Shown here: positions 9,001 to 17,240 of the stretch, piece after piece
How positions within the stretch are numbered: the first letter of the stretch is position 1
Layout of the letters: each line of letters opens with the position of its first letter
From: an uncultured Pseudomonadales bacterium
GTDB taxonomy: Bacteria; Patescibacteriota; Microgenomatia; UBA1400; UBA1449
Direction of reading: 5' to 3'
Length of the DNA stretch: 64,000 nt
Assembly: GCA_964386355.1 (NCBI GenBank)
Contig: CAYLQQ010000001.1
Span: 76,256 to 140,255, forward strand
Made by a program: the position numbers and the translations under genes
Notes under the pieces: generated by a model
The model's input: the letters and a program-made list of their open reading frames with translations, nothing else
Databases searched by the model: none
What the model was told of the DNA's origin: nothing

Positions 9001-10823
9001 GTCACAAACCGGCTACATTCACCGCTTTTACCGCACACCCAAACCTGATAGTCGTATTCCTGCCCAAGACTAATAGTGGTGTCCGTATAGGTTACTGTAC
9101 TGCCAACTGCTCCTGTATATGAAACCGGAGAAAGTGAAGTATATGTAGCTGATCCAGCATTTTTTCGGTATACAACATAGCCACCTTTAGCATCAGCAGT
9201 GTGTGTCCAAGTGATAGATATTCTACTTGGATTAGATGCATCCGCTAACAAACACACAGCTGAAATAGTTATCCCCCTGGGAAGAATATCAATATCTTTC
9301 TCACACTTTTGACCAAACCACGCACCGACTTTGGGACTTTCGACAAGTGACCGCCAATACAATTTATAGGTGTTCCCAACTGTAGCAACATCAGTTGGAG
9401 CCAACATACTTACATTCCACGATACCGGATTGCCCGGCGAAATTGTCTGTGATGAAGTAAGCTCACGCCGCATTCCAGGCGAAGGAGTAAAGCAAAACAT
9501 TTGTGGCTGGCTGGAAACCCAGACACTTCCTTGCCAGCCTCCTGGAGTCCAGCCATTTCCTGTATCGCATGAAGCATTGCCCAGCTTATATCCTAACGCA
9601 CTTGTCCAATTAGATGGATTTGGAGCTCCTGAGCCTCCCGTATTGGTCAGACCAAGCGTCCCCGAAAAAATAGAGCCAAGCGTTACACTTGATGGAATCC
9701 CTGAGGAGTTACAGGTTGAGTTATCTACATTAAAATTTTCGTGACAATTGTAGTTGTAAACGGAACTATCAGGATTTGTTCCGGATGTATTTACCCCATA
9801 TTGATCTTGACCATATGCAGCTATAAGCATTTTGTTATTATTGGTAAGTGCAAAATCATAACAAGCCTTCGGAATTTGCCCTGTATAGCTAATGGTAACT
9901 GACTTAGCATTTAAACCTGTATTCGCGCTGTCTGGTATCGGAGTAAAATTGGAAACTGATGTTTGGCAGGAGAATTCACCTGAAGTAATGTTTGCTGTTG
10001 TTGAACTAAGTTGTGCTGTAAGAGTAATGGTTTGATTTGGATCAGTCCATGTAGATGGGCTGATAGATATACTTGTGTCTGTCTGATCCTCACCCACACA
10101 TACCGGAGGAGTAAATGGTTTCTTACATGTGAGAGTAAAATTGTCGGGCCGATCAGAACCATCCCACCATTTGATTAAGGATGAAGTGCTATCAACCGTA
10201 CCTGAACTATTTATCCCTTTTACTTTTGCTGTAAAACTGTGGGCAACATCATCCTGATACGAAGATGGCAGTTGCACCCGAAAGCGGTGATTAGAGTATC
10301 CGCCACAGGATACTGGTGATTCAAAATTATCATCAGCCAACACAGTACTTATAAGCTTCGCCCCTTCATATATCTCTACGCTGAGTGGCTGACTGTATTT
10401 ATCAGGATCGCACGTCCAACCAGATACGGTACAGTTGTTGGGATCTGCTTGTACCTCAAAATGGGCATCATTTCTGCCAACAGGGTTTTGTCCAGATGGC
10501 AGGCCGCTACAGTTTAAAATACCACTTCCATCATATACTGTAGTACAGGTCTTTGTACCACTGCAGCTTGGGTCACATCCGCAACTTTTTACCTCACCAC
10601 AAGTTAATCCTTCAGCCGGACAGTAGGCAGATTCAGCTGATTTGATTCCGCAGTTACTACTTGTTGGACTTGTACCACAGTCACAGGTACATGAACATGA
10701 ATACGCATACACATCTTGAGGATTTAACAGTTTGAATGTAAATAAACTTCCAATAAGTAAAATAAAACAAATGTTATTGAGTATGAAGTGATAAATAGAT
10801 TTCAAAGAATACATAGTATGCAC
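6036..10823 (-). CDS. Giant (1595 aa) secreted Cys-rich surface protein with three tandem PKD/Ig-like repeats, a PKD domain (LDFGDGSD), a carboxypeptidase-regulatory-like fold, and a C-terminal ~300-aa domain shared with the 1..3449 protein
   Basis: Long ORF. Signal anchor ICFILLIGSLFTF. N-terminal Cys cluster CSCTCDCGTSP...; three repeats ending ...ATCDTTVTV. Confidence 0.7.
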   Translation of the reverse strand: MHTMYSLKSIYHFILNNICFILLIGSLFTFKLLNPQDVYAYSCSCTCDCGTSPTSSNCGIKSAESAYCPAEGLTCGEVKSCGCDPSCSGTKTCTTVYDGSGILNCSGLPSGQNPVGRNDAHFEVQADPNNCTVSGWTCDPDKYSQPLSVEIYEGAKLISTVLADDNFESPVSCGGYSNHRFRVQLPSSYQDDVAHSFTAKVKGINSSGTVDSTSSLIKWWDGSDRPDNFTLTCKKPFTPPVCVGEDQTDTSISISPSTWTDPNQTITLTAQLSSTTANITSGEFSCQTSVSNFTPIPDSANTGLNAKSVTISYTGQIPKACYDFALTNNNKMLIAAYGQDQYGVNTSGTNPDSSVYNYNCHENFNVDNSTCNSSGIPSSVTLGSIFSGTLGLTNTGGSGAPNPSNWTSALGYKLGNASCDTGNGWTPGGWQGSVWVSSQPQMFCFTPSPGMRRELTSSQTISPGNPVSWNVSMLAPTDVATVGNTYKLYWRSLVESPKVGAWFGQKCEKDIDILPRGITISAVCLLADASNPSRISITWTHTADAKGGYVVYRKNAGSATYTSLSPVSYTGAVGSTVTYTDTTISLGQEYDYQVWVCGKSGECSRFVTKSNEVRSSCNATALTCTATSDQIEGTTGSTIFIHQGTVQGQSGSVSYNWTLDSSALEPGSLTGSNVSTKYSTSGSKKAILTVRDSLGRQATCDTTVTVIDGAVLTCKASSNPLSGDPNNTIFTHLSEVSGQIGAVTYSWTLDNSALESGVLTSSSVATKYSTGGSKKAILNIQDSSGKKASCDTTVTVNTVPNLTCNASSNPTSGNTGSDIFTHQGDAQGGIGTVRFNWLLDSSATGYSSLTSASVTTSYTTSGIKSAVLTVSDDGGRQATCDTAVTVGTICQKTQIKGNIRSRYDIEGLLVGTKPVIKDVNVVVKHDKTGQTYSLKTDSGGNYSTVLDLCEGDTYSITIPSQSISGYQFPPLTYLDRKLSYVNQTQVGGCATSSCDFQMYPLPKSSCRINDFVSISPSTFPFAATFKNAAVNGREQVYSLTLDFGDGSDTQTVSPPPSMDSVIATHTYNENKNYTIPLTANLHFSDASGTVYRSSPVVSNCNIGFVTPYIVAGYVRSNSSDGPGIEGITVLVDDTIKITPLITDNTGYFSTSINGGSSYSVSIQSNSYAGTDVCGAVIQIGGNYYMKPLLTTATDATQDKKMQYENQSQASGCGENCNFIFYQAPYSDTEETYSPPEQTYPLDVTFAFPDMVTGFSAAGYADVSETKYRRFTCSGSNPELLVEGNPNLPSETQVCHFDAAGLSLYMTRRIIGEYNFNNCHSELIGGNYPDAWWQVGIGNVFSNYGGGTERAIQSIVPSGESLIESGGSATWNEGGIDYNADQGGDFGDYALEAQAGTYVKKDTYNYAFWQDKLADYTTYGKSKADVANIASWPNGIYEIEADQFPLVIGSTSGVTNLGSRQIAILYRGRVDILGDIITDKGGIFVLISGNQDSTGGQKGNIYISDGVAQLDGFYIADEYITTSSYKDDVDANRLLIRGGLIGWRGVNLWRHMQGADNQTPAEKFEHNADMIYTLKTTESDLKAFKIYQYVWSEVNH
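8150..8990 (-). repeat. Three tandem ~280-bp intragenic repeats encoding PKD/Ig-like modules
   Basis: Repeated DNA blocks (gtcgtatcacaa... units). Protein repeats ...STKYSTSGSKKAILTVRDSLGRQATCDTTVTV occur x3. Confidence 0.65.
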
Positions 10824-10887
10824 AAATATTTATGTATTTACTATTATTGATTGGCAGAATTTTGTCAATAAGAATGCATAAATATTC

Positions 10888-11982
10888 CTAGCGCAGTCCC
10901 CCAACAACCTTTACCTTTGCAAGTAGTTTTTCATCATCTAAAACCTTACCACACCCGCGGACTACGCAGGTTAGTGGATCATCAGCCACCCATACAGGCA
11001 TTTTAGTCTCTTCTGCCAGGAGCTTATCCAAACCTGGAAGTAATGCTCCTCCGCCAGCAAGCACAATACCATTTTTAATGATATCGGCAACAAGCTCAGG
11101 TGGCGTTTCTTCCAAGGTTTCTTGTGTTGCTGAGATAATCTGGCTAACTATCGGGGCAATGGCTTCACGGATTTCCTCGCTATTAACCTTTATAGAGGAA
11201 GGCAGGCCTTTTTCCATAGATCTACCTCGAACGACATGTTGTTTTTCTTTATCAAATGGATACGCCGAACCGATAGCAAGTTTCACTTCTTCAGCTGTAA
11301 GCAATCCGATGATAAGGCCATATTTTAAGCGCATGTAGGCAATAATTGCCTCATCAAACTCATCTCCAGCAGTTCTCAAACAACGCTCAACAACGATGCC
11401 TCCCAGAGAAATAATTGAAATTTCGGTTGTACCGCCACCAATATCAATAATCAGCTGGCCTTGCGGGTCTGTGACTGCAATACCTGCTCCAATTGCTGCA
11501 GCCATTGGCTCCTCAATCAAATAAGCCTGCCGAGCACCAGCCGAAAGCGCGGCTGACTGAACAGCTCTTCGTTCAACTTCTGTCACACCAGATGGAATAC
11601 CAATCACCACCCGAGGCCGAAGGACTTTTGGAAAAACTGAGGGTATCTCGTGGATCTTGCGGATATAGTTCCTGACCATGGCAGATGTTGCATCAAAATC
11701 TGAGATCACCCCATCCCGCAAAGGCCTAACTGCTTCAATAGTTTGAGGTGTTTTGCCAAGCATTTTTTTAGCTTCGCTACCTATTGCAATAACTTTACCC
11801 ACATTACTACCTTGAACATTTACCTTTTTTTGGCGGGCTACTACTGAGGGTTCACGTATCATGATCCCCCTGCCTTTAATGTACACAAGAGTATTTGAGG
11901 TACCTAGATCGATACCCAGATCGTATGTAAAAAAATCCCAGAGATTATGTGACAAGTGTTGGGTACAAGTGGCGGGTAACAA
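10888..11982 (-). CDS. mreB: Rod-shape-determining protein MreB (actin-like ATPase), paralog 1
   Basis: GIDLGTSNTLVY phosphate-1 motif; DIGGGTTE; MreB-like length and gestalt. Confidence 0.85.
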   Translation of the reverse strand: MLPATCTQHLSHNLWDFFTYDLGIDLGTSNTLVYIKGRGIMIREPSVVARQKKVNVQGSNVGKVIAIGSEAKKMLGKTPQTIEAVRPLRDGVISDFDATSAMVRNYIRKIHEIPSVFPKVLRPRVVIGIPSGVTEVERRAVQSAALSAGARQAYLIEEPMAAAIGAGIAVTDPQGQLIIDIGGGTTEISIISLGGIVVERCLRTAGDEFDEAIIAYMRLKYGLIIGLLTAEEVKLAIGSAYPFDKEKQHVVRGRSMEKGLPSSIKVNSEEIREAIAPIVSQIISATQETLEETPPELVADIIKNGIVLAGGGALLPGLDKLLAEETKMPVWVADDPLTCVVRGCGKVLDDEKLLAKVKVVGGLR

Positions 11983-12068
11983 GATACACCGACCGTGTTT
12001 ACCCTGCCATTGTTTTACTATTCTACCATTTGGGATCTAAGTGGTGTGGGGTATACTAAAGAAATTGT

Positions 12069-14609
12069 TTGATGGTTACAAAGCGTTTATGTATAACTTT
12101 TACCATCAAGCGTCTATCCATGAAGACCTCATATATGCATCGACTGGAAAACAGTACCGAACATAATAATAGAACTGAGATTATTCCTACCCTCATCCAC
12201 TATTCGTATCTGCTCCTCTTTTTCTTAACACCTCTTCTGATCAGTCTTAAAAGTACCGAATTGTTTGAGTTTCCTAAAATGTTATTTGTATACGTCATGA
12301 CTGCATTCATAACAGGGCTATGGATACTTGATATTGGGATAAGCGGTAAGCTGGTTTGGAAAAGATCGTGGCTAGATAGTATCTTTGGTGCAGTTTTGTT
12401 AAGCCAACTGGTATCTTCTCTCTATACTATGGACCGCTATACAAGTTTTTTCGGTTATTATTCGAGGTTTCATGGAGGCTTCTGGTCAATCCTGAGTTAT
12501 ATCATTTTAGCTTGGATATTCAAGAATTATGGTAGTAAAAAATGGGTACAGGATGTCATCATAAGTATGCTGGGAAGCGCAAGTCTGGTCAGTCTGTATG
12601 CTATTGGAGAGCATTTTGGTATCGATGCCCATGTGTGGGTACAGGATGTCCAAAACCGTGTTTTTTCTACCCTGGGACAACCAAATTGGCTCGGTGCATG
12701 GCTTGGCGCTCTATTGCCATTTGCCTACCTGTGGTATTTACGACCACCAAAGTCATTTTGGCCAACGGTTATTAGCCTCAATGCTATCACCGTATCAATA
12801 GGCTATGCCCTTACATACCTTCTTACTAACAATCCTTTGCCTGTCGGAGGAGGTGACTTTCTGCTTTTTATAATCATATACGGGACTCTAAATGGACTCG
12901 TGATGTGGAAAGCTAAGTGGTTGCATGAGCGATTTGCAGGCTTGCAGCGGTTCAACTTTTTGTTTCTTATAATTCTTTTACAATTTGCGATTTTGTTTAC
13001 AAAATCCCGTTCGGGAATCATGGCATTAGCTATAAGTACCATACTATTTTTATTACATGAAGCTTTTTCAAACAAAAAAATTAAATTGCTGCTTCCTTTA
13101 TTACTTACTTCCTGCTTCCTAGTTTTGTTAATTGGTACGGAATGGACCCCATCTCTGTCAAAATTGTTAGGCAAGAGTAATCAGGTAATTAAAAATCCAT
13201 TGGTTACAACTACCAATACATTGGGTATCACAGACAGTACTGATATCCGTAAAGTGGTCTGGCAGGGAGCTACGACAGTTTGGCAAAACTATCCCCTGTT
13301 TGGCTCTGGTACAGAAACGTTTGCCTATAGCTATTACAATTTCCGCCCCAAAGAACATAACCTCAACTCAGAGTGGGACTTTTTATATAACAAAGCCCAC
13401 AATGAATATCTGAATTTGCTTGCAAATAATGGCTTGGTTGGGACTGCCGCTATGCTTTCTATAGTGGTTGCACTTGTATGGCTCTGCCTAAAATACAATA
13501 CAAGAACTTGGACATATCTCGCCCTATTTACAATGCTGTTTGCAGGTTTTGGCTACCTTTTATCCCCGCACACGATACAAACGATCATTAATAAACTTCT
13601 GATATACCCCCCGCTCATCCTACCGCTTGGCGCTAGTCTACTGGGAGCTGTGCTTCTGGTCTTTATAGCCCAAAGAATGCATACAAATGAGCAAAATGAT
13701 TCAAATAGCGGATTGGAAAGCGCTGTACTTGCTAGTATTGTCAGTATCGTCATTACAAATTTTTATGGATTTTCAGTCGTAACGGTTGCCCTTATCTTTT
13801 TTATGTTACCTGTTTTGCTTTTGTTGTATCAGCAAGAACCACTCCCCAGGCATGAACTTACCATCGCAAAGGCAAGTTCATTGGATAACCCCTCAGTCCT
13901 GTCCTGGATCGGTGGTGGAGTTGGGCTTGTGCTATTTGGCGTTGTATCAATCTATACAGTAAATTACTACAGAGCTGATCTTGCATACAACTACTCACAA
14001 AGCTATCTGCAAGCGGGGGACGTTTTACAAGCTGATACCCAAATCAGCACTGCCCTTAGGCTACACCCCGCCAATGCAAACTATTGGTTGCATAAGGGCT
14101 TAGTAGATGCCCAAACTGCATTTATGGTCAACTATAAAGATGCATCGGATAGTTCAGGACTTGTAACTCACTACACCAAATCTGCTGTTGAATTTACCCA
14201 GCAAGCACTCATACAGAATCCAGTTCATGTCAATCTCTATAAAAGCGCTGCCCGGGTATATATAACCCTTGGTTTGATCGACCCAACATATACCCAATTT
14301 GCTATCAAAACCTTAGAACTTGGCTCTAAACTATCACCTACTGATCCGCAACTTCCTACAAATACTGCACTCCTCTATCAGCAAAACGGAGACTATGATA
14401 AAGCTTTACAACTCTACCAGAAAGCTATCGAACTAAAACCGGATTATGGAATGGCTCGGTCACTTTTGGCTCAAATGTATGAAGAGAAAAAGGACTATCA
14501 AAAAGCTATCGAAGCATACCAAGAATTGTATGAAGTGATTAGACCCCAGGATCCTCGGGTGGCTTCACATGTGGCTGAATTGAGGAAGAAAATTACAAAT
14601 ACCCCTTAG
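12069..14609 (+). CDS. Polytopic membrane protein with O-antigen ligase-like (Wzy_C) domain and C-terminal TPR repeats
   Basis: Many TM helices; FTKSRSGIMALAISTILF (Wzy_C-like); C-terminal TPR-like ALQLYQKAIELKPDYGMARSLLAQMYEEKKDYQKAIEAYQ. True start may be downstream. Confidence 0.6.
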   Translation: MMVTKRLCITFTIKRLSMKTSYMHRLENSTEHNNRTEIIPTLIHYSYLLLFFLTPLLISLKSTELFEFPKMLFVYVMTAFITGLWILDIGISGKLVWKRSWLDSIFGAVLLSQLVSSLYTMDRYTSFFGYYSRFHGGFWSILSYIILAWIFKNYGSKKWVQDVIISMLGSASLVSLYAIGEHFGIDAHVWVQDVQNRVFSTLGQPNWLGAWLGALLPFAYLWYLRPPKSFWPTVISLNAITVSIGYALTYLLTNNPLPVGGGDFLLFIIIYGTLNGLVMWKAKWLHERFAGLQRFNFLFLIILLQFAILFTKSRSGIMALAISTILFLLHEAFSNKKIKLLLPLLLTSCFLVLLIGTEWTPSLSKLLGKSNQVIKNPLVTTTNTLGITDSTDIRKVVWQGATTVWQNYPLFGSGTETFAYSYYNFRPKEHNLNSEWDFLYNKAHNEYLNLLANNGLVGTAAMLSIVVALVWLCLKYNTRTWTYLALFTMLFAGFGYLLSPHTIQTIINKLLIYPPLILPLGASLLGAVLLVFIAQRMHTNEQNDSNSGLESAVLASIVSIVITNFYGFSVVTVALIFFMLPVLLLLYQQEPLPRHELTIAKASSLDNPSVLSWIGGGVGLVLFGVVSIYTVNYYRADLAYNYSQSYLQAGDVLQADTQISTALRLHPANANYWLHKGLVDAQTAFMVNYKDASDSSGLVTHYTKSAVEFTQQALIQNPVHVNLYKSAARVYITLGLIDPTYTQFAIKTLELGSKLSPTDPQLPTNTALLYQQNGDYDKALQLYQKAIELKPDYGMARSLLAQMYEEKKDYQKAIEAYQELYEVIRPQDPRVASHVAELRKKITNTP

Positions 14610-14658
14610 TATCCAGTGCCTGTACAGAATGCTATAGATATACGGTAGAGAAAATCAC

Positions 14659-14940
14659 CTATTTTGAAACTATTGGCTTCTTGGAGGGTTTTGCTGATTT
14701 TGTCAGTTCAGTTGCAGCGTACTGTTTGACCATGCGTAGGCATTTGGTACACAAAAGCATCTTAAGCGAACTGCCGTCAGCTTGTTTTATTTTGGCACTG
14801 TGCAGGTTTGGTTTAAAGGCTTTTGGGCTACGGTACAATAGCTCCTGACGAGCCCTAGCAACTTTGTTGCCCATCATAACACCTTTGCCACAGTTATCAC
14901 ATATTCTTGCCATAGGAATACCTTTATCGATTAAATACAA
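14659..14940 (-). CDS. rpmB: 50S ribosomal protein L28 (zinc-ribbon type)
   Basis: MARICDNCGKGVMMGNKV...PNLHS...CTKCLR matches the L28 pattern MAR-C-x-GK-x-GN-x-S...NLQ, with CxxC pairs. Confidence 0.65.
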   Translation of the reverse strand: MYLIDKGIPMARICDNCGKGVMMGNKVARARQELLYRSPKAFKPNLHSAKIKQADGSSLKMLLCTKCLRMVKQYAATELTKSAKPSKKPIVSK

Positions 14941-15063
14941 ATGAATATTTTACTAGAGAATTGAGATTTATCAATTGGTAAAACAGTATCAATGCCATGC
15001 TATACTCAATCATCACAGTATTTTCATGATTGTACAGTTTAATAAATAGACTAACTCGAAATT

Positions 15064-15678
15064 ATGTTGGAACTTTTATACCAAAACCCTACCCTATTCG
15101 TACTCTGGGCAATTTCACTTGTTGTGGCTGTAACTATCCATGAGTTTGCCCATGCATATGTAGCCGATAAGCTCGGAGACCCAACCCCAAGGGCTTACGG
15201 TAGGGTTACTTTAAATCCATTATCTCATCTTGACCCGCTGGGTACGATTGCAATTCTTGTGGCTAGCATTGGCTGGGGCAAACCTGTACCTGTTGATTCG
15301 TATAATTTTGAAAATCCCCGTAGAGATACGCTCTTGGTTTCGTTTGCAGGCCCAGGAAGTAACCTAATACTTGCAGGACTTTTAGCTATACTGATACGTA
15401 TCGTGCCTGCTATTACAATTTTTGCTATCCCTATGATCATTCTCAATGTTGGATTGGCAATATTTAACCTTCTACCAATCCCTCCCCTAGATGGTTCCAA
15501 GATTTTGCCAGGGCTAGTTTCAAAACAGGCTGCATATGCTTGGGAACAATTTATGGACCGGATCGGAGTTGTGGGGTTGATTTTCCTAGTATTACCACTT
15601 TTTGGTGGCAGATCTATCATTTCGATACTAATTTCTCCAATTATCTCAGCCCTAACAAGAATACTGATTTCCTCATAG
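15064..15678 (+). CDS. Site-2-protease-like M50 family zinc metalloprotease (membrane)
   Basis: HEFAH (HExxH) inside a TM segment; multiple TM helices; ~204 aa. Confidence 0.7.
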   Translation: MLELLYQNPTLFVLWAISLVVAVTIHEFAHAYVADKLGDPTPRAYGRVTLNPLSHLDPLGTIAILVASIGWGKPVPVDSYNFENPRRDTLLVSFAGPGSNLILAGLLAILIRIVPAITIFAIPMIILNVGLAIFNLLPIPPLDGSKILPGLVSKQAAYAWEQFMDRIGVVGLIFLVLPLFGGRSIISILISPIISALTRILISS

Positions 15679-16037
15679 TGTATATCATGTTTCTTTCATT
15701 AATCTTTCATGCCACCTAAGTACACTGTATGTACTGCTCTTCATACAACGGCATGTGCGGGAAACGATTTTCTCCACATACCAAATTGCTTTGGGAAACA
15801 GTAAACTTTCAGGCTGCTGAAAGTGTGTCTTTAGACCTGTGGGTTTTTTGACTAGTTTCCCCCCTAATTTATTGGGGAGCGCAAATCCCGTACAACCGTT
15901 TACATGAGGAGCAGTTTTTTTATGCTTTCTGCTTCCTCTACCTCTTTGTCTAGTTTTCCTGTAAAATATCCTGTGTTCTTTGATGCATCTTAAGGTAGTC
16001 CAGATTTTCTGGATCAGCTAGATAGAGCGCCTGTGGC

Positions 16038-16170
16038 GCTTGTCTCTTAAAATGCCGAGATGGCTCAGTGGTAGACCTGTCCACCGAAGTTTTCGACTTT
16101 TCAAATGACTTAATAGTCAAATTGAAAAGATCGGTAAACGCAGTGTGGAGCGCCTGTTTTGTCCTAAGCT
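16038..16170 (+). pseudogene. tRNA-derived fragments (tRNA 5'-half-like GCCGAGATGGCTCAGTGGTAGA plus a partial copy of the tRNA-Thr anticodon arm) without a matching 3' acceptor strand
   Basis: ggagcgcctgttttgt at ~16148 duplicates agagcgcctgttttgt of tRNA-Thr(TGT) at 16245. No TCTCGGC acceptor complement follows. Confidence 0.3.
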
Positions 16171-16220
16171 CTAGAAAAATTAAAAATTTTTCGTAGAGAT
16201 TGGGATACTGATATAAATTT

Positions 16221-16294
16221 GCCTTCCTAGCTCAGTTGGTTAGAGCGCCTGTTTTGTAAACAGGAGGTCCCGGGTTCGAATCCCGGGGAAGGCT
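16221..16294 (+). tRNA. tRNA-Thr (anticodon TGT)
   Basis: Cloverleaf by eye: acceptor GCCTTCC/GGAAGGC; D arm AGCTCAGTTGGTTAGAGC; anticodon loop TTTGTAA; T arm CCGGGTTCGAATCCCGG. Confidence 0.85.
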
Positions 16295-16419
16295 CAAATC
16301 AGGCAAATTTAATCAGTGTAAACACAGCCAAGGCATAACTCGGCTAGGGTGCCGAGTTCGGAGTCTCGGGGACAGCTCATATTATTGACTAGTTACCAAG
16401 GAGAATATATAGTGGGAAT

Positions 16420-17055
16420 ATGGAGGTTGATGAAGTCTCAAAATTGTACTTTCAAGAAGGACTAAGTTGTAGAGAAATTGGTGATAGATTACAGGTTTCA
16501 ATCTGGAAAGTTATCACGTTCATGAGAAAACATGATATCAAAAGAAGAAGTTTTAGTCAGACTCGAAATTTACAATACCAACGACAAGCCCTTTCATATA
16601 ATAAGAAAAATTCTTTAACATTATATGAACAGCAGTTATATATGGCTGGACTCATGATCTATTGGGGAGAAGGTGCTAAAGTTGATCATGGTGTGGTTGA
16701 TTTTGCTAATAGTGATAAACACATGGTTTTAATTTTTTTAGAAATGTTAAGAGTCATTTATAGAGTTAAACATGAACGTCTAAGAGTTTTACTGTATTGT
16801 TATGCAAATCAGAATAAAAGCAAATTACAAAATTATTGGATTGATTTACTGAGGATTCCCCGGGAACAATTTACCAAGCCATACGTTCGTTTTGATTATA
16901 ATTCTAGTAAGTTAGACAAAATGCCATATGGATTAGTTCATATTCGTTACAATGATAAAAAATTACTTAAACAGATCAAAGAAGATATTGTTATAATAGC
17001 AAGCAAACTAAATAGCGGTAAATGCTGGGGTGGTGGAGCGGTCAATCATACCTGA
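16420..17055 (+). CDS. Free-standing HTH plus LAGLIDADG-like (single-motif homing-endonuclease-like) protein; 3' end overlaps tRNA-Tyr by 32 nt
   Basis: N-terminal HTH-like GLSCREIGDRLQVSIWKVITFMRK. LYMAGLMIYWGEGAK resembles LAGLIDGDG, with E replacing D. The family call is tentative. Confidence 0.4.
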   Translation: MEVDEVSKLYFQEGLSCREIGDRLQVSIWKVITFMRKHDIKRRSFSQTRNLQYQRQALSYNKKNSLTLYEQQLYMAGLMIYWGEGAKVDHGVVDFANSDKHMVLIFLEMLRVIYRVKHERLRVLLYCYANQNKSKLQNYWIDLLRIPREQFTKPYVRFDYNSSKLDKMPYGLVHIRYNDKKLLKQIKEDIVIIASKLNSGKCWGGGAVNHT

Positions 17056-17106
17056 CTGTAAATCAGGCGCCTTCGGGCTTCGTAGGTTCGAATCCTACCC
17101 CCAGCA
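17024..17106 (+). tRNA. tRNA-Tyr (anticodon GTA), class II with long variable arm
   Basis: Acceptor GCTGGGG/CCCCAGC; anticodon loop CTGTAAA; long variable arm CGCCTTCGGGCTTCG; T arm GTAGGTTCGAATCCTAC. Confidence 0.85.
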
Positions 17107-17149
17107 CTCATATAAAAAAACGGGGTTCAAACTCTGTTTTTTTATATGC

Positions 17150-17240
17150 AAGGGTGGTGATGAAGAGAACCTATTCGAATCTCGTAGCGAACGAAGTGAG
17201 CGAAGATCCAGCTCTGCTGGACTTACCCCCAGCACTAGTT
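17150..17240 (+). repeat. Degenerate copy of the tRNA-Tyr 3' half (TTCGAATC ... TACCCCCAGCACT) interrupted by a ~40-nt GCGAAG-rich hairpin insert; member of the dispersed repeat family
   Basis: 13-mer tacccccagcact is identical at 17096..17108 and 17224..17236. cctattcgaatc resembles the T arm. Insert agcgaacgaagtgagcgaagatccagctctgctggac contains the hairpin GTCCAGC-TCT-GCTGGAC. Confidence 0.6.

Noticed and set aside
6444-10626. Small ORFs nested in or antisense to the 1595-aa gene (6444..6725, 6485..6691, 7592..7792, 8638..8862, 9370..9744, 9911..10162, 10435..10626)
   Set aside because: Entirely contained in a far longer ORF that has coherent domain structure. They are typical shadow ORFs.
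11078-11675. Plus-strand ORFs antisense to mreB
   Set aside because: Antisense to a highly conserved gene with no features of their own.
12542-13753. Five ORFs (plus and minus) inside the O-antigen-ligase/TPR gene
   Set aside because: Nested or antisense shadow ORFs. The 846-aa frame carries consistent TM and TPR structure.
15225-15620. 131-aa minus-strand ORF antisense to the M50 protease
   Set aside because: Antisense shadow ORF; the plus frame has the HExxH motif inside TM helices.
15700-16020. Possible tmRNA / RNase P / SRP RNA in the noncoding stretch before the tRNA cluster
   Set aside because: I looked for signature blocks (tmRNA GGATTCGAC... and terminal TTCGA-CCA; RNase P AGGAAAGTCC/GGGCAGGTAA; SRP GGAAGCAGCC) and found none.
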